This document shows positions 1-12,788 of a stretch of 64,000 nt of DNA, in pieces (position 1 is the stretch's first letter; each line of letters begins with the position of its first letter). This DNA comes from Sphyrna mokarran. Its lineage: Eukaryota. The DNA is taken from assembly GCA_024679065.1 (NCBI GenBank), contig JAGIQG010000040.1:6820001-6884000 (forward strand), written 5' to 3'. Under the pieces are notes generated by a model, which saw only the letters and a list, made by a program, of their open reading frames with translations, was not told the DNA's origin and ran no database searches. A program made the position numbers and the translations under genes.

Positions 1-941
1 ATGATCTGAATATCATTGGATTTTGAACATGGAAAGAACAAGTGCCATTCACACTGGGGAGAAACCATACTTGTGTTCTGTGTGTAGATGAAGATTTAGC
101 TGATCTTTGGGCTGTCAGAGCATATATGCAGTCAGAGTGTGGAAAAGTGTGGCATTGTGGAGACTGTGGGATGGGATTCAGTTATCCAGTTCAACTAGAA
201 ACTCATCAGCGCACCCATATTGGGGAGAGACCGTTCACCTGCTCCAAGTGTGACAAGAGATTCACTCAGTCTGTCCACCTGCAGACACACTTGCGAATTC
301 ACACTGTAGAGAAGCCATTCACCTGCTCCCAGTGGGAAGAGATTCATTGATTCAACTGACCTGCTCACACACAAATGACGTCACACCAGCGAGAGACCGT
401 TTCCCTCCGAGTGCGGGAAGAGATTCAGTAATTCATTCAAGCTGCTAAGACACAAGTGGGTTCACACTGGGAAGAGGCTGTATGACTGCTCCATTGTGGG
501 AAAGGATTCACTTGGTCATCTTACCTGCTGAGATACCAGCGAGTTCACACTGTGCAGAGACCATTCACCTGTATGTGGGAAGGGATTCTCTCAGTTATCC
601 AAGCTTCCGAGACAATAGCATGATCAAAATACTATGAAAGCCTCCAGGAATTGATGTCCCATCAGCATGTTCACACCGACGAGAAACCATTCAGTGTCTC
701 TCACTGTGAGACTGAGTTCAGAGGATCATCTCAACTCACTGTACACCAGTAAGGTCATACTGGAGAGGGACCATTCACCCAGAAATGGCAAGGGATTCAC
801 TAAGTCATCCACGCTACTGACACACCAATGTCTTCACACCAACAAGAGACCTTTTAAATGCCTAGACTATGGGAAATGTTTTAAGTTCCCAGGAATTGAT
901 GTCCCATCAACATATTCACACTGTCAACAGACAATTCACAG

Positions 942-1262
942 TGGCCCAATAGCACAGTGGTTAGCACTGCTGCTTCACACCTCCAAGGATTTGGGTTTGA
1001 TTCCCGGCTTGGGTCACTGCCTGTGTGAAGTTTGCACATTCTCCTTGTGTCTGCATGGGTTTCCTCCGGGTGCTCCAGTTTCCTCCCAAAGTCCAAAGAT
1101 GTGCGGTTAGGTTGATGAGCCATGCTAAATTGACTGTAGATGTATAGGTTAGAGGATTAGTGGGTAAAATATCAACAGATATAGGGTTTGGGCCTGGGTA
1201 GGATTGTGGTTGCTGCAAACTCGATGGGCCAAACAGCCACTTTCTGTACTATAGGGTTTCTA
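942..1262 (+). mobile_element. tRNA-derived SINE (HE1/V-SINE-like)
   Basis: Head AGCACAGTGGTTAGCACTGCTGC, V-domain GGGTTTCCTCCGGGTGCTCCAGTTTCCTCCCA, CR1-like tail CTCGATGGGCCAAA. Confidence 0.8.
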
Positions 1263-1340
1263 AACAGAACCTAAAGTCTTTTTCTAAACAGGTGCTTTCA
1301 CTGTGGGACTTGGTTTTACTATCAAATTTATCAAATAGCG

Positions 1341-1432
1341 GATTTACTATCAAATAAATTGGTTGGATTTAAAATTGTTGTTGTAAATCTTTACTGAGTT
1401 TACCCCAGTCCAACGCTGGCATCTCTACATCA
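1341..1432 (-). mobile_element. Penelope-like element terminal fragment
   Basis: Shares the CCCCAGTCCAACGCTGGCATCTC terminus with the other Penelope-derived copies in the window. Confidence 0.6.
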
Positions 1433-1737
1433 GGTTTAGACAGTCATCTCGTCTCACCTCATTATTCACCAGTGAATTTACACTGTGGAGAAACCGTTCA
1501 AGGTGTACTTAGTGTGGGATGGTTCAAGACATCATCTAACTTCACTGTAGACCAGCGCATTCACACTGGGGAGAGGCTGTTCACCTGCTCTAACTGTGGG
1601 ACGAGGATCACTCAATTATCCACTCTGCAGAAACACCAGCGAGTTCACAGGTAACTACAGTTATTGTTTTCTTTTCTGTGAATCACATCCAGAACTGAAC
1701 CATGTTCACTCTTGTCTGTTTCAGTTGGTGATAATAA

Positions 1738-2231
1738 ACTAAGAACTCTCACAACACCACTTTAAAGTCCAACCAGTTTGTTTGATAGTAAACCCACAGC
1801 TTTTGGGATTTGCCCCTTCGTCAGGTGAATGGACAGTTCTGGTCTCAAACAGAGCATTTAAAGTCACACACAGTTTACAGAATACTGATTAAAATGCAAG
1901 TCTTTACAGCTAACCTTTAAGACATATCCATGTCTTAAAGATGCAGATAATGTGAGTGGATAGCATCAGGCACAGGCTAAAGAGATGTGTATTGTCTCCA
2001 GACAGGATAGTAACACAGATTAGCTATAAAGCCTTGCATTTTAATCAGTGTTTTGTAAACTGTGTGTCCCTTTAAATGCTCTGTTTGAGACTAGAACTCT
2101 CCACTCACCTGACAAAGGGACAAACCCTGAAAGCTTGCAGGATTACTATCAAATAAACTGGTTGGACTTTAATCTGGTTTTGTGGGACTTCTTACTGTGT
2201 TTACCCCAGGCCAACGCCAGCATCTCCACAT
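1738..2231. mobile_element. Non-autonomous Penelope-like element with inverted terminal sequence
   Basis: Approx. 1740-1925 and 2040-2231 are inverted copies of the terminal sequence also found 3' of the GIY-YIG fragment at 37.1-37.35 kb; degenerate hammerhead cores in both arms. Confidence 0.65.
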
Positions 2232-2690
2232 AATGGTAATAAAGTCCAGCCCAGTTACAGGGTTGATATTCTGGATAAAATTCAAACAAATCAGCATCTT
2301 GTATAAACACATGGTGAATACTTTTAATATATCTAAGACAAGTTAGCTCTTTTTGAAGATCTCTCCCTCTCCCAGTCTCCTCCATCAACAACTGTGAGGG
2401 GCTGATGGAGATTCTTTGTCACTAAGACTGAGACAATCCCATCAGCTGTCTGTGCTGCTTCCCTCACTTCCAGTAGTCCACTGGGACAAACTGTCTCTAA
2501 ATCTTCTCTTTGTCCGAGCCCTGAACTCGTATCTTTCTCCAGTTTCTCTTCTGTCTCTCCCATACCCTCTCCATGCTCATCATGTCCATGAGATACACCA
2601 TTGCTCATCAACATACTCCACACAACAATCTCATCTGAAAATACAGAGTCAGTTATCATATATACATTGACAGGACCTCATTGACATATG

Positions 2691-2992
2691 AGCTGCACGG
2701 TAGCACAGTAGTTAGCACTGCTGCTTCACAGCTCCAGGGACCTGGCTTGGGTCACTGTCTGTGTGGAGTTTGCACATTCTCGTGTCTGCGTGGATTTCCT
2801 CCCACAGTCCAAAAATGTGCATATTAGGTTGATTGGCCATGCTAAAAATTGTTCCTTAGAGTCCTGAGATGCATAGTTTAGAGGAATTAGCGGATAAGTA
2901 TGTAGGGATATGGGCCTGAGTAGGATTGTGGTCAGTGCAGACTCGATGGGCTGAAAGGTCTCCTTCTGCATGGTAGGGTTTCTACAATTTCT
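2691..2992 (+). mobile_element. tRNA-derived SINE (HE1/V-SINE-like)
   Basis: Same head, body and tail as 942-1262. Confidence 0.8.
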
Positions 2993-4157
2993 AGGACCCA
3001 GCTCTACCTCACCACTATCTCTCTCCACTCTTGTTCAATTCTCAGACTTTATCTGATATGCAGTGGTGGATGTGCACAAATTTCCTCTGATTGAATATTG
3101 GGAAGACTGAATACATTGCTTTCATTCCCAAGCTCCCAACTGCACTCCTCTTCCTGGCAACAGTTTGAATGGAAACAAGGTTTTTTTACACGCTTGATGT
3201 TAGGTGTGACCCAGGGATGAGATTCCGACTTGGGTGTGTCCCAGTAATTTGTCAGATGACCGAAATATTTCCCCACAGATAGAGCGATCAGAAATTTTGC
3301 CTTCTAAAATCGGAGGCTTGACATATTTGAATTCAATGATTCCTGAAGATCTGGTTGAAGTTTTTGTTCGAGTTTCCAGATGTAAATCATCTCTCTCTAA
3401 CCCTTGTGAACACAGGATAGAAATTCAGAACAGACTATTCTAGTTTCTGTGAAATATTCTTTTTCCTTTAATTCCCTAAATCTATAAATCCTTGCCCCAT
3501 ATTTTTCTCCTCCTCTCTGTTCATTGTTCTAGATTCAGTGTCCCATCTCTGACTAGTTCTTTTATCCTCTCCAGATTCTCTCCCTTCCTTAAAGTGCAAC
3601 TCCAGCCGTGGGTCAAACTCATTTCTTCACTCAAGCATTCTACTCCAGCTTAAATGACTTTTTCATCATTGTGACTGTTTGGAAAGAATCAACTTTTCTA
3701 AATTGTGGAGAACAGAAAGTTTAGAGGTTAGTTCAGAGATTCCTGCTCCCCACATCTGTTCAAACAAGTTGTGTATATCTCAGTTACATTGATACAGACT
3801 TACTCACTCAGTAAGTGATCAGATCTCTCTGAACTGTGACGCAAGTTGTTTCTGTCTCAGTTACTTACTATGAATTAGAATTAAATCCATTTGCTGATCT
3901 CCCAGTAATGGACTTGCTGCATCTGGATCAAAACTGTTTTCACCACTAACGCTCTGCTGTGATGTAATAGTCTCTATGACATCATCACAGCAGGACCGGA
4001 TGACATCATCAGAGTCCATTGTTTGTGAATGATCCGCATCAATAACAGGAAATACTCATCAAGCTGAGCACATTCTCTAGGCTGACACTCCAGTCATTGG
4101 GAACATACACCATCCTTCAGATGGAGTTTGTGCTCAGGCCACAATCTTCTAATCCTC

Positions 4158-4292
4158 CTTATACAAAAGTGTTGTGAAAGGAGGAAGCCCATGTTGACAT
4201 GGAGAGAATGTGCAAACTCCACACAGACATTGGCCCAAGCTGGCAATTGAACCTGGGTCCCTGGCACTGTGAGGCAGCAGTGCTGACAACAT
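4158..4292 (-). mobile_element. SINE 5' fragment (HE1/V-SINE-like)
   Basis: Reverse complement of the SINE head (GCACTGCTGCCTCACAGTGCCAGGGACCCAGGTTCAATT). Confidence 0.7.
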
Positions 4293-4798
4293 TGTACGTT
4301 TTCAAGAATATGTTAGATAGTGTTTTTAGGTCTAAAGGAATCAATGGATATTGAGTGGAGAGGAAGGATAAACAGATTACTGAATTGGATGATCAGCCAA
4401 TTTAATTTACAGCTTATTTCTAGTTTCTATGTTAACTTGTATTACAAATATTAAAAAGGCTTGACATACACAATATCAAACACCAAGCTGTCTATTTTGA
4501 ACTTTGACTAGAATATCAATATCTATAACTGATTGGAGTTTATTAACATCAGCATTAAATTGATTTTTCTCTTCACCCCACCAGGAACTGCAACACTTGA
4601 TTCTGCACCTTGACATTCTCCCCTATGTACTTTGAGTGTTACGTTTTGTCTGTATAGCACACATGAAACAATATTTTCCACTGTATCCCAGTATGTGACA
4701 AATCAAATCAAAAGATCCCAATGATCAATGTTAATTCTGCATTTGATCAGCAGCGAATCCAATCATTGTATTTACTCATGATTTCATTCATTCACCTA

Positions 4799-5782
4799 CT
4801 ACGTGGAGTAGATAAATGATCTCTCCCCTGTATGAACTTGCTGGTGTCGAGTGAGGTTAGATGATGTCTTGAACCCAGTCCCGCATTGAGGGCACCTGAA
4901 TGGTTTCTTGTCATTATAAATATGTTGATGGCGCAACAGTTCCCCGGAACTTTTAAAACACTTGCTGCAGTCTGGGCATTTAAAAGGTCTCTCATCAGTG
5001 TGAACACATTGATGTTTCAGCAGGCTGGATGACTCAGTGAATTGATTTCCACATACAGAGCAGGTGAATGGTCTTTCCCCTGTGTGAACTCGTTGGTGTC
5101 AAGTGAGGTGGGATGATTTCCTGAATCCAGTCCCACAGTGAGAGCATCTGAATGGTCTCTCGTCAGTGTGAACATGTTGATGGGACACGAGTTCCTGGGA
5201 ACTTTTAAAACACTTTCCACAGTCTGAGCATTTAAAAGGTCTCTCATCAATATGGACACGTTGGTGGTGTCTCAACAGAGTGAATGAATCTCTGAATCCC
5301 TTCCCACATTTGGAGCAGGTGAATAGTTTCTCCCCAGTGTGAATGCGCTGATGTTTACTGAGATTAGATGATGTCTTGAACCCAGTCCCACATTGACAGC
5401 ACCTGAACGATCTCTCATCAGAATGAACAAGTTGATGATGCATCAGTTCTCTGGAACTTTTAAAGCAATTTCCACAGTCTGAGCATTTAAAAGATCTCCC
5501 ATCATTGTGAATTCGCTGGTGTCTCCTAAGGCTGGATGATCCAGTGAATTCCTTCCCACACTCGGAGCAGGTGAGCGGATACTTCCCAGTGTGACTGTGC
5601 TGATATCTTTCCAGGTCAGCTGGGCAATTGAATTGATTCCCATAATCCCTAAATTTCAACAAGTTTTCCCCATTATCACTGCATTTATGTTCTGACACAG
5701 CAGGTGATTCACTGAAGCCTCGTCCACACACACAATACATACACGGTTTCTCCCCACTATTAAATGTGCTTTTTCCTTCCAT
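4799..5782 (-). CDS. C2H2 zinc-finger protein coding exon (about 11 finger units) with one in-frame TGA at 5099-5101; truncated allele or young pseudogene
   Basis: ATG at 5782 (MEGKSTF...), tandem fingers such as [21 protein letters not shown] and [21 protein letters not shown]. The frame continues past the TGA through three more finger units to TAG at 4799-4801. Splice acceptor ...TTTCACAG just upstream of 5877. Confidence 0.8.
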
Positions 5783-6359
5783 GTTCAAAATTTAATGATA
5801 TTCAGGTTGTGGTAGATTGTGTGACTGTCAGATCCTGAAGTGAGTTTCCCGGCTGCAAATCCTCCCTTTCTAATGCCCTGTGAAATTGATTTAAAACAGG
5901 AAAAAAAAAGGGAGTGAGAGAGAACCCACAAAAGGTAGGTTGTGATATTGAGCTGAATGAATCTGGTAATTTATGGAGTTGGCATAAGGAAAAATGACCA
6001 TGAAAACTGATGGAAACCAAACAGGTTCTCAATATCTATTAATAAAGTAATTTATATTATCTGGGCAGATTAAACACCCTGGCCTCCATTACAGGAAAGA
6101 GAATGAGAAAAAGAAAGAGATTAAAGACAGATACATTGATGGCAAAGGGAACAATCAAATTCTTAATGAGATTTGCCAAACCACCAGCCCAACTTCTAAT
6201 ATCACGAAAAACCAGGTTAGCAATTCTATGTTAGCAACACACTGATATCAGGTCTTGGACAAACAGATAATTCCTCTGTTAATATATCAGGAAGACTGAA
6301 AAGATTGTTTTCAGTCCTCACTGCAAATTCTCGTTCCTAACCACCAACTCCATCCCTCT

Positions 6360-7030
6360 CAGGGGATGTAAGCACATAGTTGACAATCTTGGTGTCACTA
6401 TTTAATGCAAGATGAATTCCAACTACATATCCACATCATCACTGTGCCCCTTTATTTCCAATTCAGTAATATTACCTGATTCCATCCCAGTCTCAGCTCA
6501 GCTTCTTCAGAAGCTTGGATCAACTTTGGTACTTCTAAACTTGTGTCCTAAACACCTGCAGCCATCCTTCCTCACTCAACAGTCCTCTAATCTTGAGGTT
6601 ATTCCAAATTCCCCTGCATTCACTGACCCACAAAGTACTGCATGTTAAAGAACACCAATACACCAATTTTAAAAAAAAATTATCATCCTTTATTTGCTCC
6701 ATGGTTGTAAGCATCCATATTTCTGAAATCTCCTCCAGGCACACACCCTCCCAGATTTTTACACTCATCTCATTTTGGCCTCATGAACATTCATTTTAAT
6801 TGCTCCAACATTGGTGACCATTTTTTCATTCCCCGGGGCCACAAGTTCTGGAATTTCCACTTTAAACCTCTCCACCTCACTTTCCTCCTTCAAGACTCTC
6901 CTCAACACCTCCCTCTTTGATCAAGCTTTTGGTCACCTGCCCTGAGGATTTTCACACTAACTGCTTTAGTGTTAACGTAAACCTATTTGTGACACGAATG
7001 ACTAAATTTGTATGTGGCTTAGTGTCAAAT
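6360..7030 (+). mobile_element. Decayed L2-like LINE 3' fragment
   Basis: 3' motif TCCTCCTTCAAGACTCTCCTCAACACCTCCCTCTTTGATCAAGCTTTTGG resembles L2 ends; boundaries approximate. Confidence 0.5.
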
Positions 7031-7048
7031 GTTACTTTGAGAGATTTT

Positions 7049-7125
7049 GGTCAAGTTACTTGGAAAGTTTAAATTATGTTAATTAATTAATGTCAAGTTC
7101 TTGGGTTCAATCCCCGTACTGGCCA
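7049..7125 (+). pseudogene. Degenerate tRNA-Ile(AAT)-like pseudogene
   Basis: 3' half CAAGTTCTTGGGTTCAATCCCCGTACTGGCCA matches the vertebrate tRNA-Ile-AAT 3' half (CAAGGTCGCGGGTTCGATCCCCGTACTGGCCA); the 5' half is heavily decayed. Confidence 0.5.
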
Positions 7126-7562
7126 CGTGTTCACTCCTGCTGCGGTTGCTAGCACCGTGAAATTGATTTAAAACAGGAAAAAAAGGGAGTGAGAGAGAAC
7201 CCACAAAAGGCAGGTTGTGATATTGAGCTGAATGAATCTGGTAATTTGTGGAGTTGGCATAAGGAAAAATGACCATGAAAACTGATGGGAAAGTAATTTA
7301 TTATATTATCTGGGCAGATTAAACGCCCTGGCCTCCATCACAGAAAGAGAATGAGAAAAAGAAAGAGATTAAAGACATTTTTGGCAAAAGGAACAATTTC
7401 ATTGGTTTACAACACAATCAAATTCTTAACGAGATTTGCCAAATGACCACCCCAACTTCTAACATCATGAAAGACCAGGTTAGCAATTCTATGTTAGCCA
7501 CACACTGATATCAGGTCTTGGACAAACAGAAAATTCCTCTGTTAATATATGTTAATTTATCT

Positions 7563-7942
7563 GGGGCAGCATGGTGGTAGAGTGGTTAGCACTGCTGCTT
7601 CACAGCTCCAGGGACTTGGGTTTGATTCCTGGCTTGGGTCACTATCTGTGTGGAGTCTATACGTTCTCCCTGTGTCTGCATGGCTTTCCTCCGGGTGCTT
7701 TGGTTTCCTCCCACAGGTTCGACCTCAACCTTGGTGTTGTGCAACTTCTTACTGTATTCCTCCCACAGTCCAAAGGTGTGCAAGTTAGGTTGATTGGCCA
7801 TGCTGAATTGACTGCAGATGCATAATTAGGGGATTAGTGAGTAAAATATGTAGGGATATGGGTTTGGACCTGGGCGGGGATTGTGGTCAATGCAGACTCG
7901 ATGGGCTCTTTCTATACTGTAGGGTTTCTATGATTCTATGTT
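7563..7942 (+). mobile_element. tRNA-derived SINE (HE1/V-SINE-like)
   Basis: Full head, V-domain and tail, with a small internal insertion. Confidence 0.8.
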
Positions 7943-8089
7943 AAAAGCAAAATAAAGTACGCATTATTGTCATTGCCTTGAGCATAGATCGTTGTTCTGC
8001 CTCATAAATAGGACATTATAACACCTACTGTGAATGAGTTTGATGGACATGTTATCCCCCTGCTGTCATTGAACAAAATTAGACGTTGG

Positions 8090-8520
8090 ACCACATCAAC
8101 GTAGCGACTGCACATGCGTGTTACTACAGATTGCCCCTCTCAAAGATGACCGCACATTGCCCGCAAAAAACATGGCGGCAGTGAGCTTGGGTCTGCAACT
8201 GTGAAAAAACACGGACCTGCTCGATGCAAACATGCGGACCAGAAATTTCGTTTTAGCGTTTATACAACATGTTTACGAAACTTTTCTGCCCACCTGCCTG
8301 ATTCGTCGCTCCCTACAAGCCGCCTTTCTACCCACTTACCGATTTGACATCGCATCACCGTCTCTCCATCACTATTACAGACAGTGCGCATGCTCCATAC
8401 CAAGCTCCGCCCCTCATTCGCTCCGATTGTTCGGAGGACCAGCCGCTCCCGCATTGTCCTCCAGTCCCGCCCCCTCTCTCCCTATTGGTCCGGAGCTGCT
8501 GTCAATCAGTCTGGCATTGT
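8090..8520 (-). promoter_or_regulatory. CpG-rich promoter and non-coding first exon of the minus-strand ZNF gene
   Basis: Local CpG enrichment; GC box 8466-8473, CCAAT 8484-8488 (minus strand), NRF1-like TGCGCATGC 8385-8393, YY1-like AACATGGCGG 8169-8178; minus-strand donor G|GTAAGT at 8340/8339. Confidence 0.6.
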
Positions 8521-8571
8521 GACTGTTAAGATGATGGGCAAAGCCACAGCCTCAGGCTGACTTGCTGATTA

Positions 8572-9150
8572 TTGATGAGGAGGTGCCGGTATTGGTCTGG
8601 GGTAAACTCAGTAATAAGTCTCACAACACCAGGTTAAAGTTCAACAGGTTTATTTGGTTGCACAAACCACTAGCTTTCAGAACACCTTCGTCAGGTGAGT
8701 GAGGACTTGTGTTCACAAATAGGAAAGCTCGCTTTTTTACTATCAAATAAATCAGTTGGATTATAAATTGGTGTTGCTAAATTCTTACTGAGTTCTTCAC
8801 AAATAGGGCCAGCAAAGACACAAACTCAATTTACAAGATAACGGTTGGAATGCGAGTCTTTACAGGTAATCAAGTTTTAAAGGTACAGACAATGTGAGTG
8901 GAGAAAGGGTTAAGCACAGGCTAAAAGAGATGTGTATTGTCTCCAGCCAGGACAGTTAGTGAAATTTTGCAAGCCCACACAAGTCATGGGGGTTACAGAT
9001 ATTGTGACACGAAGCCAAGATCCCAGTTGAAGCCGAAACTTGGCTATCAGTTTTTGCTCAGTGACTCTGTGTTGTGTGTTGTGAAGGCCGCTTGGAGAAC
9101 GCTTACCCAAAGATCAGAGGCCAAATACCCAAGACCGCTGATTACTGGCA
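8572..9150 (-). mobile_element. Penelope-like element 3' fragment with terminal repeats
   Basis: Minus-strand ...GLHNTQHRVTEQKLIAKF (GIY-YIG C-terminus-like) plus the shared terminal sequence and a hammerhead core at 8667-8700. Confidence 0.65.
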
Positions 9151-9597
9151 GCATTTTCTGTTTGGGGATTACAGCTAGAGATGGATGGTTAGTTTTCCTC
9201 TGTCAGGGGCTGGGGGATTCACTCTCATTTCCCCAGGATACTCATTATCATCACAACTTTACAGGAGAATGTGCCTATTTCAATTGTGTCTCCAGATTTT
9301 GTATTTATTTGGCCAAATTTAATGGGAGGCAACAGATAATATTCAATGTGGCAAAAATGAGGTGATGATTTTATTAGTTAAAAAGCTAAAACATGCACTA
9401 AATGTTAAAGGTTTACAAGTTGCAAAAGAACTGAAAACAATGGCAGAAAGGCAGGGAAATAGGGTTGTGAAAAAAGCATATGGCACACTTGCCTTTATCA
9501 ATCAGTGTATAGATTACAAAAGTACAGAAGTCATTATGGAGTTGTGTAGAACTGGAGTACTGTGTACAGTTTTGGTCGTGACATTATAGGTGAATAT

Positions 9598-9740
9598 AGA
9601 TATAGAACCCTACAGTGCAGAAACAGACCCTTCAGCCCATCAAGTCTGCATTGACCACAGTCCCACCTGGGCCCTATCTCCACACATCCCAGAACACTAA
9701 GGGGCAATTTTTAGCATGGCCAATCAACCTAACCCACACA
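9598..9740 (-). mobile_element. SINE 3' fragment (HE1-like)
   Basis: Reverse complement of the SINE tail (GGTTAGGTTGATTGGCCATGCTAAAAATTG...). Confidence 0.6.
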
Positions 9741-10499
9741 GTGCATGATCATAGACAGGAGGGAAACTGGAGAAAAATGTGGGTTCAGAGCTCAGAGAAG
9801 GGGGAATTTTAGAGACAGTATATCTTGCTGGTTAGTGGCAGTGAGGGAAGCAACAAAGGTGTATGATCGGATTGTTTCGATAAGGCGGGGGGGGGGGGGG
9901 GTGATAGTATGGCAGTATTGTAAATGGATTAGTAATCCAGAGACCCAGGGTTCAGGCTTTGGGGGCCAGGTCCCACCACAACATATGGGGAAATTTGAAT
10001 TCAATAAAAATCTGGAATAAAATGATCCATGGTTGATATTTGTAAAAGAGCCATTTGGTTCACTAATGCCCATTAGTGAACCAAATGTGTCATCTTTATT
10101 TGGTCCAGCTTGGATGGAATTACAGATCCAAAGCAAAGTGGTTGACCCTTAAATGCCCCCAGGGTTGGGCAATGAATGCTGGCTTCAGTCAACTACAGAC
10201 ACATCAGATGAACAAATTAAAAATCAATCTCAGTGACAAAGAAGCCCCATGAGTTCCTCTGACTTCTTGTTGGAGGTGAGGATGGAGGAGACAGGAAGAA
10301 GGAGTTCCCTTCAAAAAAAGTTAATTTGTGTTAGAGATATTAGAAGTACTCAAACTGTGTTTAACATAGTGAATTATTTAAGTTCACCCAATACATTAAT
10401 ATCTATAACTGAGCTTTTATTAACATAAACAGAAACAGACCCCAGTGAACATGTTGCAGTCCTAGATGTAATTAAACAAATGTATACAAGTACTTGAAT

Positions 10500-12545
10500 T
10501 ACTTGTGAATTCACTGATGTCTCTGCAGGTGAGATGAGGTATTGAATCACTTTCCACGCTGAGCCGCTGAACGGTCTTTCCCCAGTGTGACTGCGCCATT
10601 GCACAGTGAAGTTAGCTGATTGTTTGAAACCAGCCTCATAGTAAGCACCTGAAGAGTTTCTTCCCAATATGAACATGTTAATAGAATATCAATTCCCCTG
10701 AATTTTTAAAGCACTTTCAGTATTCTGGGCAGTGAAACTGTCTCTCCCCAATGTGCATTTGCTGGTGTCTCAGGAGATGGGATGACTGATTGAATCCCTT
10801 CCCACACTCAGAGCAGGTGAACAGCCTCTCCCCAGTGTGACTGCGCTCATGAACAGTGAATTTAAATCTAAGCCTAAACCCAGTCCCAGAGCAAGAACAC
10901 CTGAACAGCCTCTCATCAGTGTTAATATATTGATGGGATATCAGCTCTCTGGGACTTTTAAACCATTTCCCACAATTTAAACATTTAAAAGATCTCTCTC
11001 CAGTGTGAGCTTGCTGATGTCTCAGCAGAATGGATAACTGAGTGAATCCCTTCCCACACTAACAGCAACTGAATGGTCTGTCCCCACTATGAATGTGCTG
11101 GTGTCAAATCAGTTGAGATGATTTACTATCCTGCAGTAAGAGCAGCTGAATGGTATTTTGTCAGTGTAGAAAGTGGCAGCACAGGTGGAAAAGGTGGTGA
11201 AGAAGGCATATGGCATGCTTGCCTTCATTGGATGGAGAATCGAGTATACAAGTTGGCAAATTATGTTACCATTATATAAAATAATAATTAGGTCACATTT
11301 GGAATACTGGTCTAATTCTGGTCACCACACTAAGAGGACATGGAGGCTTTGGAGAGAGTACAGAAAATGTTTACCTGGATGTTGCTTGATCTGGAGGGAT
11401 GATCTGGAGGGATACTATGAAGAGAGATTGAATAAACTGGGATTGATCTCCTTGAAAGATGGAGGCTGAGGGACGACCTGATAGAAATTTATAAAATTGA
11501 GAGGTGTCGATATGTGATGACCAATTAGATGTTTTTTCCCCAGGGCGGAAATGAAAATTACAAGAGTGCACACATTAAAGATAAAGCAGTAGGATGTGGG
11601 GGAAAGGGGGGAAGGTTCAGTAGAGATGATTAGAGGAGATTCTTTTACAAGGGTATGGCTCACTTCTGCAATGCACTGCAAAGTGATATGTTTGAGGCAG
11701 TTATATTAGCCACATTTAAGACATCTTGATAGGCATATGAGCAAGCAGGGAACAGAAAGATATGTGTTTGGTCTAATTGGGTAAATAAGATTAGCACAGG
11801 CGCACAGCGAGCTTTCTTAAAACATATTTTAAAAATATATTCTTAAAACTTAAATTGTCTCATCTAATCTGTATGGCAGTAGGATTTGATGATATCTTGA
11901 TCCCAGTTGCTTAAGTTCTTACTTAAAAGCATCAAAATGGTCTTTTGTCAATGTGAGCACGTTGATGGACATCCGATCATTGGAACTTCAATAGCACTAC
12001 TAGAATATCTATAATACTCCCCACAGACTGGACAATTGAAAGCTGTATCCCCAATGTGAACTCGCAAGAAACTACAAAAGGTCGTGAATGTAGCCCAATC
12101 CATCTCGCAAACCAGCCTCCATCTGTTGAGTTTGTCTACACTTCCTGCTGCCTTGGCAAAGCAGCCAACATAATCAAGGACCCCATGCACCCCGGACATT
12201 CTCTCTTCCACCTTCTTCCGTCAGACAAAAGTCTGAGGTCAGGTATCAACTTACTCAATAACAATTTCTTCCCTACTGCCGTAAGACCTTTGAATGGACC
12301 TATCCAGCATTAAGTTTCTTTGTACTGTAGCTATGACTTTACATTACATTCTGCACTCTCATTTCCTTTTCTATAATCAGTATCCTCTGTCATATAGTGC
12401 ATGATAAACAATAAGTATCATTGTATGCTAATAGATGACAATAATAAATCAAATCAACATCAAATCTGGTGTGTCAACAGAGCTGATGACTGAGTGTCTT
12501 CCCACAGTCAGAGCAAGGGAAGCGCCTCTCTCTAGTGTGAATTCG
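10500..12545 (-). pseudogene. C2H2 zinc-finger pseudogene interrupted by CR1 (about 11170-11800) and Rex1 fragments
   Basis: Minus-strand fingers ([28 protein letters not shown] linkers) with several in-frame stops. Confidence 0.75.
12058..12460 (+). mobile_element. Rex1/Babar-like LINE 3' fragment
   Basis: CLGKAANIIKDPMHPGHSLFHLLPS C-terminal motif and (TCAAA)n tail; related copy at 37390-37770. Confidence 0.65.
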
Positions 12546-12788
12546 CATTCACATTTTTCCTGTTTTATATCAATTTCACAGGGTGTTAGATGAGGAGGAT
12601 CTTCAGTCAGAAATTTGACACTAAACATCACGTCAGAATCTGGCAGAGTCAGACAATTTATTGTAATTGAAATAACATTGGGAATTGAATCTGGAAGGAG
12701 AAAGCACAGTTGAGAGGCCAGATGATTGGCTGAATCTTCATCCACACACAGAACATGTGTAAGGTGAACTGTGCTTTCCCCTTCCATG

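Larger units (their letters stand above)
29..1654 (+). pseudogene. C2H2 zinc-finger pseudogene (frameshifted, interrupted by a SINE and a Penelope terminus)
   Basis: CxxC...HxxxH fingers with TGERPF-type linkers (e.g. [49 protein letters not shown]) split over several frames, with stops. Confidence 0.85.
5880..7550. repeat. ~400-bp direct duplication (5880-6288 and 7158-7550) of the ZNF intron 3' end
   Basis: Near-identical blocks from TGAAATTGATTTAAAACAGG to TTCCTCTGTTAATATAT. Confidence 0.85.
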
